Shown one piece after another: positions 35,163 through 36,040 of a DNA stretch of 36,040 nt (positions are counted from its first letter, which is position 1; every line of letters starts with the position of its first letter). The position numbers and the translations under genes were made by a program. Origin of the DNA: Lewinellaceae bacterium (lineage in GTDB: Bacteria > Bacteroidota > Bacteroidia > Chitinophagales > Saprospiraceae). Location: NCBI GenBank assembly GCA_043738235.1, contig JAYSZC010000383.1, positions 1-36,040 on the forward strand, given 5' to 3'. The notes under the pieces were generated by a model, which saw nothing but the letters and a program-made list of their open reading frames with translations, had not been told where the DNA came from and did not search any database.

Positions 35163-35936
35163 TCAGGTATTCAAGGTTATAAATCCCCCGTCAATCGGAT
35201 AGTCGCAACCGGTAATGAAGGAGGCTTCATCGGAACATAAAAACAATGCAAGGTGCGCGATTTCCTCGGGTTTTCCCATGCGACCGATGGGTTGGGTTTT
35301 GGAGAGTTTTTCAAACATTTCAGCTACTCTGCCCGGATAGTTTTTTTGTAAATAACCGTCTACAAAAGGCGTGTGCACCCGTCCGGGTGAAATACAGTTG
35401 CAGCGGATCTGGTACTCCAGAAAATCCTTGGCTACCGACAAAGTCATGCCCACGACCGCTGCTTTGGTCGTAGTATAAGCAAAACGTTCGGCCAGGCCCA
35501 CCGACGAGGCAACGGAAGCGAGGTTCAACACCACGCCGCCCTTTTGCTTCATGAGGGGCAACACCGCATGGAGGCAATGGTATACGCCTTTTACATTGAC
35601 GCTCAACAGGCGCTCGAAGTCGGCGGCTTCTGTCGTTTCGGCTGTGCCGATATGCGCCACGCCTGCATTGTTCACGAGAATATCAATAGCGGCATAGCGC
35701 CCGGCAATATGCTGTACTGCCTGCTGCACGGCGGCCTGGTCGGCTACGTTGCAGGGTAGAAACATGGCCTCGCCCTGCTCCTGCCGTATCTCGGCAGCCA
35801 CAGCGCTTCCTTCCTGCTCATCCAAATCCAGGATGCACACCACAGCGCCCTGCCGGGCAAAACACAAAGCAATGGCTTTGCCGATACCGCTTCCGCCGCC
35901 GGTGATGAGGGCTACTTTGTTGTCGAGTCGAAACAC
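35163..35936 (-). CDS. SDR-family NAD(P)-dependent oxidoreductase (FabG-like)
   Basis: 257-aa ORF with a GTG start. Motifs are TGGGSGIGKA, NNAG, the catalytic YTTTKAA, and a typical C-terminal ITGCDYPIDGGF. It ends 8 nt before the FAD/Fe-S remnant. The substrate cannot be assigned from sequence. Confidence 0.8.
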   Translation of the reverse strand: MFRLDNKVALITGGGSGIGKAIALCFARQGAVVCILDLDEQEGSAVAAEIRQEQGEAMFLPCNVADQAAVQQAVQHIAGRYAAIDILVNNAGVAHIGTAETTEAADFERLLSVNVKGVYHCLHAVLPLMKQKGGVVLNLASVASSVGLAERFAYTTTKAAVVGMTLSVAKDFLEYQIRCNCISPGRVHTPFVDGYLQKNYPGRVAEMFEKLSKTQPIGRMGKPEEIAHLALFLCSDEASFITGCDYPIDGGFITLNT

Positions 35937-35944
35937 TTTTTTTT

Positions 35945-36040
<96 letters not shown>

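Overview
This looks like a chromosomal segment from a Bacteroidota-type genome. It has a SusC/SusD pair, TAnnTTTG-like promoter boxes, lipoprotein and Tat signals, and roughly balanced GC. An L-rhamnose / alpha-L-rhamnoside utilisation locus dominates it.

Minus strand: a RhaEW-type aldolase/dehydrogenase fusion lies at 34-2187. A long co-directional gene string runs from 18616 down to 3537: a Tat-exported xylose-isomerase-like TIM-barrel protein, a GH78-like protein, a GH106-like protein, GH78, a 1250-aa ThuA/PQQ-dehydrogenase/PKD/cytochrome c/CBM fusion, and rhaT.

Plus strand: genes diverge from a 686-bp AT-rich control region. They are susC, susD, two FG-GAP/VCBS + UnbV/ASPIC proteins sandwiching a vanadium-haloperoxidase-like PAP2 lipoprotein, and an AraC-family regulator (19303-32036). 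Two paralogous COG1373-type AAA+ ATPases (2259-3425 and 32224-33441) bracket the whole locus.

Right end: an FAD/Fe-S oxidoreductase that appears to carry a large internal deletion, an SDR gene, and a heptanucleotide microsatellite that runs off the window edge.

I saw no rRNA, tRNA, CRISPR array, transposase or integrase.

Most interesting observations:
1. A CAZyme-less SusC/D cargo module (FG-GAP/ASPIC x2 plus a haloperoxidase-like protein) with no experimentally defined function that I know of.
2. A possible periplasmic oxidative glycoside-processing module embedded among the rhamnosidases.
3. A perfect 17-bp tandem duplication that shifts the susC start out of frame.
4. A 33-bp perfect palindrome inserted exactly in frame in the GH78 gene, related to an intergenic hairpin elsewhere in the window.
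5. Several phased or palindromic repeat arrays in control regions.

All family calls come from motif recognition by eye. No searches were run.
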